Made by a program: the position numbers and the translations under genes. The notes under the pieces were generated by a model that made no database searches, was not told the origin of the DNA, and worked only from the letters and a program-made list of their open reading frames with translations. Positions 38,459 to 51,459 of a DNA stretch of 64,000 bases are shown one piece after another. This stretch comes from Nageia nagi (Eukaryota > Plantae > Pinophyta): positions 102,982,001 through 103,046,000 of the forward strand of contig JBITNC010000001.1 in NCBI GenBank assembly GCA_050084985.1. Reading direction: 5' to 3'. How positions within the stretch are numbered: position 1 is the first letter of the stretch; every line of letters starts with the position of its first letter.

Positions 38459-41400
38459 TGTTGTGCCCGCACAACACACCCCAAAATACAAGATTTTGGG
38501 GACCCTATTTTTGCAAAGGCAATGAGGAGCATTGCCTTGAGATTGGCTTTTGGTGATAGATAGTTCATGCTGAAGAATGCAAACATGATATCAAGGAGCA
38601 ATTCAAGGAGATCTTGCGACGAAGACCTTGAAGAGTATCATATTATCCCGTCACCAATTTTGCAGCCAAGGAACTAGGATTTGAGAGAGCATCAAAGCAC
38701 GGATTTTTTGGGTCTAGAGTGAAGCCAATGGAGATGGGGTCGTTTTTGCAGAGTTTGAACTCACAAGTGCCAAGTGTGATGAAAATGAGCGTTTTTCTCA
38801 AGTTAAGGCCTGGGAGCAGTGGATGTAGCTAAGATGACAAAAATGAGTGTTTTTGTCAAGTATGAGCTTGGAAAACTCAAAATGGTCATTATAAATGCGT
38901 GTTTTGGTCGATTTTGAGCTCAGAAATGGTCAGTACAGTAAAGATGCACGTTTTTGCACCGTTTGAGCCCAGAAAGCTTGAAAATGGGCAAAAATGCAAA
39001 GTTGAGCTCAAAATGGTGATTGGAAATGAGAGTTTGAGTACCCCTAGCCCCAGGCACGTTTTCCCAAGGTATTGAAGACCTAAATGAGGGAAAATGGTGC
39101 ATGTTTTTCAAATATAAATGCAAATGGTGTCAGATTTCAAATCCAAGAACATCATTGGAGAGATAAAGTGAATTCTATCACAATTAGGACTTGAAATTTT
39201 CGATTTTGACCAAGTCTAAGACACTCAAATCCTAGATGCAGTTTTTCAAGCCTATGGGAAAACCATAGAGATGATTTTTGGTGCCTAGATTGTGGAGGAA
39301 AAGTGGAAATGCATTGGAATTCAAATGTAAATGGATAGATGGATGGAAGAGATGATTCTAAGGCACTTTAGGTCTTCAATTTTTCAAATTTGAGTAAGTT
39401 TTGACCCCCAAATTCCTAGGTGCAAGTTTCCAAATAATTCCAAATCCAATGGGCTGATTTTGGGCGCCTAGATCGACAAGATGAAGTGTTTTTTGCCCAA
39501 AAAACAGGTTTAGATGATTGGGAACAAGGAAGAGACCATTTTAAGCACATTTGATACTCAAAATTTTCGATTTTAAGCACTTTTGAGCACCTCAAATCCT
39601 AGGCGCAGGTTTTCAAGGCTATGGAATTCCAATGGAGTGAAATATGGCGCCTAGAAGGAAAACATTTGATAAATTTTGATCAAAACACAAGTTTGAGGGC
39701 TTCATTGGGTGCAAAATGGCATTTTGAGCACATTTAGGTCTTGAAAAAATCAAATTAGAGCAATTTTTGGTCACCTAAAGGCTAGGCGCAGTTTTCCCAA
39801 TTTTTCTAAATTTATAGGAATGAAAATTAGCGCCTAACTTGGAGGGATAAGTGCAAAACTCATTAAAAATTGATTCCAAGGTGTCCATTAGGTGAAAAAC
39901 ATCATTTCTAGCACATTTAAACTTACAATTTTTCAATTTTGAGCAAGTTTTGAGGCCCAAAAGGCTAGGTGCAGGTTTGCAAGGTTATGAAAATCCAATG
40001 GGATGAGTTTTGGTGCCTAGCATGAGGAAAAAGCATAAAATTTGTCCAAAACTCAAGTTTCAAGGTTTGTGAGCAAGGAAAAGGGCATTTCAAGAGGCTT
40101 TAGGTCTACAAAATTTCATTTTTGAGCAAGGGAAATGCCCAAAAAGGCTAGGCACATGTTTTCATGGCTATGGAATTCCAATGAAGTGTTTTTTAGTGCC
40201 CAAGTCAAGGAGGAAAATGAATTTTTTACCAAAAAACAAATTTGAAGGCATAAATGGGTAAAACACCCCATTCCAAGCACATTTAAACTTGAAAAATTTC
40301 ATTTTTGAGCATGTTTGAGGGCTCAAATATCTTGACGCAGGTTTTGGGTTGTTTGAAGATCCATAGGGCTGAAAACTAGCACCTAAGTTGGGAGAATTGA
40401 CAAATTTTGGTCAAAATTCATGTTTTTTTTGACATATGTACAAGGAAAATAGCATTTTGAGCACATTTAATACTTCAAATTTTCAATTTTGAGAAACAAA
40501 ATAGCACCCAAAAGGTAGGCGCAGGTTTTTATGCCATTGGAAATCCAATGGAGTGAATTCTAGTGCCTAGCATGAAGAAGATTAAAAAATTTGCATCAAA
40601 ATTCGAGTTTTAGGGGTCAATTGCATGGAAAACATGATTCTAAGCACATTTAAACTTGCAATTTTTCGATTCTGAGCAAGGAAAGTGCTCCAAATTCCTA
40701 GTTGCAGGTTTGCTAATTTTTCCAAATCCAATGGCATGAAATATGGTGCCTAACTTGAGGAGGAATATCAAATTTTGCCCAAAAGTCAAATTTTTATGGT
40801 TTCATTGCATGGAAGGGCACATTTTGAGCATGTTTAAACTTTGGAATTTTCAAATTTGAACAAGTTTAAGGGCTCAAAAATCTAGGAGGCATTTTTCATT
40901 CCTATGGAAATTTCACTTTTTTCTGTCAAACGAAACCCATAGACATGAAAATGGAAAAAATTGCCAAAATCTCAAATCCTTCACAAAATCTCCAAAACTT
41001 CTCAAAAGTTGCCAAGTACCTTGTATCCTATCCTCCATCCATCCATGAGCTCAAATACACTTTTAAATTTTTTTCCAAATTTCATACCCCCCTATCTTTT
41101 TCGAAAAATAGACCAAAAAATCCACTTTTTCAAAAAATCCTCTCAAAATCCTTAAAAATTTGCCACAATGATCATATCACAGGCAACTCCAGGTTCAAAG
41201 AAAGGAGGAGCTCAAAAGACTACCAGAAGGATCCAAAAAGATGATTTGAAGCTCCAATTTTTGACAAATTGATGCAACATGCTTCAAAATGCATGCAAAA
41301 GGGCATCAGTTTTTGGAAATATTTTATTTTTAGCATATTTTAGTGGGATGATATTGTTCTCCCACTAAAACGATTTTGTATTTTCAATTTAGCATTCAAA

Positions 41401-42405
41401 TTAGCAATTTTGAAGCTTTTTTATGAATTAGGGAAACACCATCAAAATTTGACTTAAATAGTTTATAAATAGACCATAGGGGGTTGCTTTTGAGGCGTAA
41501 TGTTTTTAGTGCAAAAAAAGTTTGTGCAAATTTGTGGAAAATTGGCAAATTAATGTATCCTTGTAATTTTCTCACAAACTTAATACAATGTGGTGGAATA
41601 CTTGAAACAAAGAGATTTATCATTTGTGAGATTGTGGATTTGACCATTTTGGAGCTTTTTGAGATGATTTAGAATCTTTCACGCTTTTCTTTGAAAATTC
41701 TCGAATTTTAGGAAAAATTTTTAAATTTTTTTAAAAGTTTTTGCATCACTTCCAAATCGTTGCCTTTCCATAATTTGCATAGTAAGTGAACATATTCTGA
41801 GCTTTTCTTCCTTCTATGATATCAAATTAGATTTCTTCATTCGAAACAAAGTTTGTGTGCACTTGTTGTGTCATGTCTTTCTTTTGATTGCATCGGTCCT
41901 GCTTGCAGAGAACCGACGGTCAGCTCTCCTCCCCGCTCCTCTTAAGAATAGATTGAACTTAGTTTATTCTCTTTTTAAGTTGGATGACTTCGAATGAGAT
42001 TTCTTGAATGATCTAGAAGTGAGAAACCTTAGACATTGCTTCATTGTGACCTTTTCTTTATCATCTCACTAGTATCAAAACATTCTCGTTCACTTTTCTT
42101 TTCTTTATTTTACATTTTCTTTAAACTTATAGCAACTTTCGAACTATTGCAAGATAAAACACCTCAGTCCCTACAAAAATCATGAGTTAACAGTTATTAC
42201 TTCTACTACACCACTCAACTGATTCCCAAACAAGACCTACAATTTAAAGCTCGTATTAACGACACAAGCTTTTTGATAGAAACCTTAGGGTATCAATCCT
42301 TACAAAAGGAGTTCAGTAACGCGTTCTCACCTACATGCTGGGTCGCTTTCCCGTCTTGATCGTCTGGGCGATCGTCGAGTAAGAGGAAAGGTTTCCTTCC
42401 CAACA
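38459..42405 (+). mobile_element. Giant solo LTR (3947 bp), gypsy-type
   Basis: TGTTG...CAACA termini; perfect TSD TACTC (38454-38458 / 42406-42410); no gag/pol sequence inside. Confidence 0.9.
39040..40910. repeat. 183-bp tandem array (~10-11 diverged units) inside the giant LTR
   Basis: CCTAGGCGCA-like anchors at 39049, 39231, 39415, 39598, 39781, 39964, 40147, 40330, 40514, 40697 and ~40881. Most units also carry the inverted GCGCCTAG. Confidence 0.92.
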
Positions 42406-43791
42406 TACTCCATTGTTATTCCATGATATAATACAGCTTGTGTCTCTCTCATCATTGTGATGTTCCCTTTGTATACATGCGTTGTGATATACTGGTGTTG
42501 GAAGCTTGTTCTGGCTCAATATTGTGTGTATTTTTGTGTTGTCCGTTGCATTCGTGTGGTTAGCTTAGTGCTGGAGAAGCCATAGGGGCTGACGTCAGCT
42601 TTGTGGGATCATTGTTTCGTGTGGTGTGTAGTGAGGAAGACCTAGGAGGCGCACGTTGGTGCATTGAGGTGTTTGTATGCCCTAGAGAGCAATCGTTGGG
42701 TGCTTGAGGGTTATAGAAGCCCTAGCTTGGTTTGTTTTTGCTGAGAGTGATTTTAAATCATCACAATTAAACATTAAGTTACAAATTGACTTACACATAT
42801 TGCAAGCTAATATATGATGCAGATGTGTCTCCTAGGTATTTGAACTTGGGTCTTTTGTGCATCAAATGCCTTAGAATTTCACTGGATAACAGCTGAACAG
42901 GCTATTAATGTTATTAGTGGTGAATAACCAAGCACTTCTGCAAATGTTGCAATTACACGTTTTGCATCATCAATAGTGGAGAATTCGCACATTTGCATGT
43001 TGGCTAAACAACACTTTGTTGATTTAATGTTTTAAACTATGGCAAACATAGAAATACTCAAAATAATTGCAATTCCACACAACTTCATTCATCAATATTC
43101 CAGATCTATACAATTTGTGCCCTAGATCTCAGATCTGAAGTAATTACTGGAAAACAATTGCAGAAAATCATAGAAATTGCAGATCCACACAATTTATACT
43201 CTAGTATTTCAGATCTGAAGTAAATACTAAGAACTCATGCAAATATATCACAGAAAATTCAGATCCAAATGAATTGCAGTTTTATTGACCAAGAGAAATT
43301 CATACAATCATCAAATGAGCACCAATGATGCCCTAGAGTGTGGACATCCCTCCTTGAGACTTAAATAGCTGGATCTAAGTGCTCAAATCTTGATCTGAAA
43401 CCCTCTAAGACTAGGTGTCCCACATGGAAGGCTCAAACTGAATGCAAGATGCACCCAAAATACCTCCTAAAGCTGTGCTTTGCCTTGGAATGCCTAAACT
43501 TCAGATCTGATGCACAAGATTGTCCACAAATCTTCAGTCCTCCACAATGAAGCTCAAATGTGAACCTTGAATGGATTCATCGATGGTTTTTCGTCATCAA
43601 GATCTCTCTTGCAGGTTTTAATCCACAAGAGGAATTTGGCAAGGGCTGATCCAGCCACTTACTCAAAATACAGATTAATTCCAAATCCAAGCATGATCTC
43701 CAAATGATGTGCTCCTCCTTTAACTAGCTGGATGTCCCATTTTGGGGGTCCAATCTCTGTCTTGGAATCACACAATTGGGCATCCCATCTA

Positions 43792-46700
43792 TGTTGTAAA
43801 TTTGAGCCATAAAAACGTAGTTGTAGTCTAGCTAAAATCAGTAAACTTGTAAAGGTCATATCTTTTGATCTATAACTCTGTTTTGAACGTTCTGGGAACC
43901 ATTGGAAAGGTATAGATGTGTAGAATACACTTCTAAAATTTCAGTGCATTCGCAGTTCACTCGTCGACATATGAGAAAGGAGAATATATTGCCTTAGATA
44001 AGGCCATTGGCTTAAGGAGGATACCTGCATGCGACGTCGAGGAGTTGGAGGAATATAAAAAAATAGAGGTTGATCCAGAGGTTGGGATCAAGTCATTTTT
44101 TCCTAGGCATCGACTTTGTGAAGGAAGACCACACTATTGTTTGATTGCATTAAAAGGTTGCACATAGATACCTAGAGAGTCCACAGAGGAGGCTAGAATT
44201 ATGAACATCATCAAATTTTAAGATCTGGGTGTCAGCATTTGCAATCTCAAATCTGCGTACGTAAGCTAGAGAATGAAGGCGTATGTCTTGATCTGAATAC
44301 ATGATCTAGAGACTCATGTGCAGACGAGATTTGTTAATAATACTTTGATCTAATAAGCGCAACATAAGGTCATGAGGCTACTGTTTGATGAAGAGAGACA
44401 TAATAGCCATGTGATGGCCAATGGAGAATGTACGTTGGAAAATAGAGACTGCTTATGAATTGTTTGAGGTGGTCTAATCGAATGTTGAGAAGAATGAATG
44501 AATGAGGAAGCCGTAGAGGCAGATTGTTGCATGCAGATCTATGTAATTCATAAGAAGGAGACGTACTGAAGTTTTTGAAGCCTACCAACATACTTGTTAA
44601 GGAGAACGAGGTACACATCATTGGGCAGAAGAAATTTGTTGGAGAGCGGATACTAAGTATTCATTGTGGCATTTAGACTGCTGCTACATTGAGGAGAAGC
44701 TCATTGAGAGGAAAGCTTGATTCGTGCCAATAGGAGTCAATGCCTGCCGAGAAAAGCGCGTGCAGGTGTGGAGAAGGCATGCAGAAGATGCGAAATGGAG
44801 AATTGATCTGGTTCGAGTAGTGTTGCTATTTGTTGCCTTTGGTGATACAATGTCAATATTGATGAGGAAAGCCATGTTGAAGAGTGTAGAGAGCATTTTG
44901 TGTTTGTATTTGTACTAAACAAAATGTGCATTGCGTGCTTTCATATTGACAAAGTTGTGTACTAAGCAAAAAATGCATTGTGTGCTTTCATATTGACAGA
45001 GTTGTGGACGAGTGAGATGAAGGCAGCGTGAGGTATATTCCAAATACAGAACCTGTGCTGAGGAAAAGCTATGCACCGTTTGTGAAGTTGTGAGATTGTG
45101 AAGGAAGCCAACCATAAAATATAAAAATTAAAAAAAATGTAGAGTCAAAACTAAAAAGTGCAGAATATTTTAGAGAAGAATATTTGGAGAGGTATAACTT
45201 TGAAGAAGTTAATAAAAGGTGAAGAATGCAAAAGTAATCTTTAATTACTTTTTCCTTAGCAGTGATGGAGGTCCTTGGAGAGTTTGGTGAAAGAATAGAA
45301 ATTGATGTTTCATTATTTGATATATTAAATTTGTTTCCTGATTTAAATATTGAAGATTTTTCTTCTTGAAGAGAAGAGAGAAGAAAATGATGATGAGTTC
45401 TTTCTTGAAGAGGAAGATGTTGAAGAACCCCTTCTTGAATAGAAGGATGAAGAAGAGCCTTGTGTAGAAAATTGTTAGACTCTTATCAAAGAGAGTGATG
45501 ATGAACTTCTTCTTGTGGAAAAGAGAGGAGAAGATGATAAAAGTGTCGTGAATAAGGCATGTGATGATGAATGTCTAATTGAGGAGAAACAAGAAGAAGA
45601 CCACTTCAAAGGGGAATATGAAGACAAGCCATGACAAGATGAAGATGAAGAAACACTCATGGAGGAGTGTTGTGTTGATGAAGATCACTCGTGTGGAGTG
45701 GATGAAGAAACAAATGATGAAAAGGCTCAAGTTTGGTGGAATGATTACCCAAGCAAAGAAGAGGAAGAAGAGATGGAGACTATTAGCTCCATGCTCAAGG
45801 ATCACTCATCAAGAGTGAAGAATGAAGAAGACCATCTCATTTGGGAGGTGGAAGATGAGAAATCAAATAAGATAGAAGAAGAAAAAGAAATCACCATTAA
45901 AGGTGATAGATATTTTCTTCATGATACTAATGATTTGTTTAAGTGTTTTGAAAACAGGTTTGATATTCCTCTTATATGTGAGGAAGATGAAGATGGTTTC
46001 ATGGAGGCAACCTTGGAAAAAAGTCTTCTTGTGATGAAGACAATGATAGAGATTGGAAACTTGGGTCATGTGGATCCAAATAATAAATGTAAAGCCTTGG
46101 TAAGGTGTGATGTGTTGAGTGAAGAAATGTGTGAGTTTGCATATGTAATAGGACATTTTATATCCATGTTTATTTTGATTTTCATTGTTGAAATTTGTGA
46201 GAGTTATTTGGTATAATCATCATTGTGAGATGATAAACACATACTCATGTGGAGTATGCTATGATGTAAAAAAGGAAGACTTGAAAGCATGGTTTGAAGA
46301 CCATTAAGAAGAAAAGAGAGAGTGGTTGAAGACCAAAATTAGGAAGACTTTTGATGAAGGGGGAGTTAATCATCAAAAGAAGGCACTCAATTACTTGCAA
46401 AAAGGAGCAACATCAAAGATGAAGGAAATCCAACACAAATGGTTGACAACACTTTGAAACTTTCGATTTCTTGATTCAAGATTGGAGGAAATGTAAACGA
46501 TTAAGTTTCTTCTAACTTTGTGATGCTTATGAACTCATGAAAGAGTTCCTTAGCATCAAAGGGGAGAATGTTGGAATATTGAGCTTCCTAATATTTTCCC
46601 TAAGTCCTAGTCCTAATATTTCCTAAGTTTGTGCTAAGTATAGTGTGTCTTAGTTGGGTCCAAGTTGTATTATTAGTCTTGAGAATATCATTCTCAACAA

Positions 46701-46878
46701 CTTATGGTGTTTTCTAGATCTATTATAGAACTATATATGTATTTGCTCATTCATGAAATAATAGAACAATCTAAAATCAATTTGTGATACTTATAAAACT
46801 CCTTGCACATGTGTAAAACTTGTCTAAGGCTAATTTTAGCCATTTATCTTTTCTTATTTTTAGCAGATGTAATAAACA
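43792..46878 (+). mobile_element. Fragmentary copia (SIRE-like) material: LTR-like part, acidic ORF remnant, multiple PPT-like tracts and an LTR start at 46569
   Basis: Glu/Asp-rich disrupted ORF ~45263-46216; GAAGGGGGAG (~46357) and AAAGGGGAGAA|TGTTG (46558-46573); TAGTTGTAGTCTA shared with the 17619 LTR. Ends uncertain. Confidence 0.5.
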
Positions 46879-47286
46879 CTGTTGATGTAGATCCGACGGA
46901 TGTGATTTGCTAGGGATAGGGTTTGCTTAGTTTTGTTTTACTTAAAGTAGTTTTAGGGTTTCCTTTCAGAATAGAATAGAATAGTATGGAGATGGAGAAT
47001 GTATGAGGGTTTGAGATATATGAGATTCATTCCTATTGAAGCGTGAGGGTTTCTGCAAATCCAATGTTATAATGTATTTATCCATTGATAAACAATAAAG
47101 CTTCTTATTTTCCATTCTGGATGTGATTCATATTTATGAATGTTTGAGATTCATTGTCAATGGTATGACAATCCATGAGATTGATCATTGATTATGTTTT
47201 GGCTTAATAACTTTAATCTAAGAGTGTCTAATTTTGCATTGGGATCCCAAACTTCGAATCTTGAGATCTCTAGTTGCATGATTACA

Positions 47287-47497
47287 TGGGAAGTCCCATT
47301 TTGGGAGTCATAGTTTGCCTTGGGATTACAAAGTTGGCCTGGGAAGTCCCATTTTGGGAGTCATAATTTGCCTTGGGATTACAAATTTGGCCTGGGAAGT
47401 CCCATTTTGGGATCATAATTTGCCTTGGGATTACAAATTTGGCTTGGGAAGTCCCATTTTGGGATCATAATTTGCCTTGGGATTACAAATTTGGCCT
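47287..47497. repeat. 52-53 bp tandem repeat, 4 near-identical copies
   Basis: Unit TGGGAAGTCCCATTTTGGGA(G)TCATAATTTGCCTTGGGATTACAAATTTGGCC. Confidence 0.95.
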
Positions 47498-48034
47498 TGA
47501 AATTGTTTATTACAATTGAAAGCATTAATTAATGCCATATTATTATAAAATATCAAAAACACTCCTAAATTATTTAAAAGACACCTAACTAATTCTAGCA
47601 AGGGGGCATCCTATTCCAAGTAGCCCATTTAAATATTACAATACAAAATATGAGTGGGACCCTCAAAATTGGGGACATTACAATTGAAAAACATTAGTAG
47701 CAGAGAAATCAAGTAAGTGGGCAAAGATTTGGAACTGTTTTTGGACCAGTTTACTGTGAATCTTAATGATCAGATGGACTAATTTATCAGTATGTCATTG
47801 AGCTGAAGTAGCTTTCTTCATTGCACTAGTATTCTTAGTAGAGATTGGCTTGCAGCTTTTGTGAAAAGTGTAAGATTGTAATTCTTTGCCTTGTAATTCA
47901 CTAGAGTGGAGCACTACACCCATATGTGGTGTGTGACAAATTGTCACATTTTAGATGCTCCCAAATCACAAAGCCTTTACCTCTAGCCAGTCATTTATTG
48001 GTCTATAATCTTTTCATTGTTAAAGTGTATTAAT

Positions 48035-51000
48035 CAAGGTTGGAAAACTTGGACTTGGGAATTACGCGGCCAGGAAAAATTTGGAGAGTACTCGGCAACT
48101 CAGAGAGTATTGGGCAAAAACTCAGCACCTAAACTCGGCAAAAAAAACACGAACATTTTATGAAACAAAATACAAAAACATATTTAAATAAGGAATTAGA
48201 GAGCTGCAATGATCATTGATTGTTTGTGACCATTAATGATCATCAAAAATAGTGAATACAACAATGTATATAGTCATAACTCATAACTCAAAAGTAAAGT
48301 AGTTCTAAACTTCTAAATAGTAAAGTCTAAAGACTACTAGTGCTGGAATAAAAATTGAGTCTAGACTTTAAGAGTCTAACTCTAAGTCTAAAGTACTAAA
48401 CTACTAGTGTTGAAATCAGTGCAATGGCCTCTTTTGCCTTGTCCTGGTCCTCTTATATATCCTCGACTCACTCCTCACAGCACGTGGTGGCGAAGGATGT
48501 CGCACTGGCACATCCTCGCCCCCAATAGAATGCTCAACCTTAGGTATGTACTCATCCTCGTCCTCATCCTTAGCCTCATCCTCGGGCTCCACATAAATTG
48601 CAACTGCTGCACTGGATGTACCTTCACCTGCTCTAGATGGACCTTCACTTACTATAGATGCACCTTCATATGCTGCTTCCCTTTCAAGTTGCTTGATGTC
48701 CTCATCAATGAGGATGGGTTCCACATCTTCAACAACCCAATCTACTAGTGGATCCATAGAATCAAGGTCAATGGCATCATAGCAATCTGTGCCCTCCACT
48801 TGTCTAACATGTAGACGAAGATTGTATTGGACAAACACAAGGTCATTCAAGTGCTGCTGGCTCAACCTGTTGCATCTCTTTGTGTGAACGCTCTCAAACA
48901 TGGACCAATTTTGCTCACACTCAAAAGCACTACATGGCTGGTTCAATATCCTCACTGCCATCTTTTGAAGATTCGAACACCGATCACCATTATCTTTCCA
49001 CAAACAATATGTGAAAAAGAAAATACAATTTCAAAAACTCAATCTAGCTTTGATAAAATATTAAATTACTAATAGTAAAAAGACCACATTTAATTTTATT
49101 GATTTTAGATTATTACTTGGTCGCAAGGTGTTCCTCGATATTTTACAAATAACTGAAGAAAGAACCCTCCCTTTGGCCTTCTTGTAGGCCTGCATCTCTT
49201 TTTGGAACATGATCCCATCATCAGGGATCATCCTCTCAATGCAAGCATAGAGGCCATCCATAACCTCGTTATTAGCCTCAAAATTATTAGCATAGAAAAA
49301 CTTGGAGTTCAAGTAGATACCCGCTGCATGTAGAGGTTGATGGAGATGATGGGTCCATCTCCTATCAATGATACTCTCAAGGGCATCCAATTTATTTATG
49401 TTTCTCTTATACATACGTTGGACAACCGCATTTGCCCTATCCATGGCCTCATATAGATAGCCCATCGGCATCAAATCACCATTTACAAGATGAAGAACTT
49501 TGACCCAAGGTTGTGTGACCTAGAAATCATTTTAAAAAAACAAATTTAGACTTAAATAAAGAAAAATATAAACTACAAACTAACAAAGCTACAAACTAAA
49601 AATTGAAAAAAAAAAAAAAGAATTTAAATTTCCCTCAAGGCCTCATCAACACCCTTCCAAAATAAGTCATCAAATACTATCTTTTGGACCTTCTCCCCAT
49701 CATCACTATGACGAAAAGAAGAATCCCTCCATTTATCACTAGTAAACATCCTCTCAAGAGGAGCTTCTGCTTCAAAAAGGCTTTGTAATGCAAGAAAATT
49801 GGAGGCAAATCTCCTTGCCACTCGTGTGCTCTCTCATCAAACTACCCACCAAAGTGTGCTTGTAGATGAATTTGGTAATTATTTTTGCTTCATCAACCAC
49901 AGTTTTAATCCATAAGAGCTTGCCATGTCCTTTAGCATAAGGTCAATCACATGGGCTACGCATGGGCTCCAAAATAATGTTTTATACTTCCTCTCAAGCA
50001 TTTTACCTGCAGAAACATATGCTAAAGCGTTGTTTGTCACAACTTGGACAACATTTTCCACACACACTTCCATCACCACTTCCTCAAGCAATTTGGAAAT
50101 GAGCGATGCATCTTTTATTTTATCGGATGCATCAATCGACTTCAAGAAGACCATTGATCCACAAGATGCCACCATGAAGTTGAGTAGTATACGGTTCTTC
50201 GTATCTGTCCATCCATCTTACATAATTGTGCATCCATGTTTGCGCCAATTCTTTCTTTGCTCATCTGCTATGGCATGTGTGGTAAGTACTGCATCCTCAA
50301 GCAAAGGACCATTGAAACCTTTTGCGGTAAGGGCTTTCATCCCTCTTCCAACATTGATGAATGCATTCACCATGGCTGCCCAATAAGGACTATTTGCAAC
50401 ATTAAAAGGAATGTTGCATTAGTACCAAAAATTTGTAGCTGCTCTTTAGGCTGCTTGGATTTTATCTTTTCCACATGATGTAGTGTTAAGGGAAGGTTGT
50501 GCCTTTGTAGGAGGAACAAAGAAACCTTCCATGGTTTTATGCCTCATTGAAGCTGGAAGTGTTGAATTTTCATTTGGCTTTGAACATGGATTTTAGGCAA
50601 ATAAAGAATTTGACACTGAATCTTCAAAGCTTACGTTCCCCCCAATCCCTACACGAACTGTCATCTTGGTCTTTTGCTTTTCTACCTTCTTTTGTGAGGA
50701 TGTAGCAAGTAAAGCTTGCATCTCATGTACGACCTCGGGAGGTGCAGCAGAACAAAGTGCTACATCTTTACGTGGTATCCTTACAAGATGGTATTTTAAT
50801 CTATTGATACCATCCCTATAAGGTCTTTTGCAAAAATTGCAAATCACTTGACTTGAAAGATCACCCTTTGTGCCATACTTCCAAGCAATATCTATCCCTG
50901 GTGCTAGAGGAGGAGGTGCATTGGAATTGACATCATCTTCAGTTTCCATTTGAAAAGTGAAAAAAAGTATTATTCCTATCAAAAACCTTATTAAACCCTA

Positions 51001-51459
51001 ACCCTAATTTACAAAAACAAATCACAAAATATTCCAAAAAAAATAATACCCTTTTGAATTATAGGCATTAATATTCACATACAAAGGAAAAAAAAATTCC
51101 ATGGTGAAATTAAAAAAAAAGTCAAAAACCCTACCTCTTCAAATGCACGGTGAGAGTTAAAAAACACACAACTGGATCACAAGCTCTTGAGAAATCTGCG
51201 GTGAAATGCTAAAAATCCATTGTGAAGCTCTTTAGATTGATGTTGAACCTTTGAATCTTCAAAAACTGACTTGGAGAGCAAAGGAGAGCAAAATAACCAA
51301 ACCGGGCAGGTAATAGGTTGACTGTCCAAAAAACCTGCCTTTTCAGGCTCTGTTTTGCTGGTTGCCGGTTAACTGCCGATTTCCGGTTCGGTTACTTGCT
51401 GGCTAACCGGCAACCGGCAGAGGGGAAACTCGCAGGTACCAGCGGTTTTTTCTTCATTG
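48035..51459 (-). mobile_element. hAT transposon with disrupted BED-DUF659-hATC transposase
   Basis: Termini CAAGGTTGGAAAACTTG ... TTTTTTCTTCATTG; degenerate TSD gtattaat/gtataaac (6/8). Motifs AWKYG..CNFCK..GINRLKYHL, WSPCVAHVIDLML, RFASNF, PMGYLYEAMD, CEQNWSMFE..H. AACCGG-rich subterminal tract at 51300-51445. Confidence 0.88.

Larger units (their letters stand above)
37610..42765. mobile_element. Solo LTR (~1.2 kb of its own sequence) containing a nested 3.9 kb solo LTR
   Basis: TGTGACG...CATCACA termini; perfect TSD ATTAA (37605-37609 / 42766-42770); single ATTAA at the empty site in duplicate copy A (35868-35872). Confidence 0.93.
35238..43637. repeat. Tandem segmental duplication: copy A 35238-36753; copy B 36754-43637 (interrupted by nested LTRs)
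   Basis: 35238-35420 = 36754-36937; 35427-35872 = 37167-37609; 35873-36753 = 42771-43634. TTT microhomology at the junction. Confidence 0.92.
43017..47682 (-). mobile_element. Gypsy-type LTR interrupted by later insertions (its distal part is also duplicated in copy A)
   Basis: Minus starts TGTAATGTCCCCAATTTTGAGGG at 47682; probable end ...AATCAACA at 43017. The repeat at 43730-43788 resumes at ~47240. No TSD found. Confidence 0.5.

Noticed and set aside
43787-46773. ATCTA as a TSD defining an element at 43792-46768
   Set aside because: The two putative LTRs are not similar and LTR-like sequence continues past 46768; probably chance.
37810-47497. 30-bp, 183-bp and 53-bp arrays as CRISPR-like loci
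   Set aside because: Spacers are homologous to each other, the arrays lie within LTRs, the context is eukaryotic and there are no cas-like ORFs.
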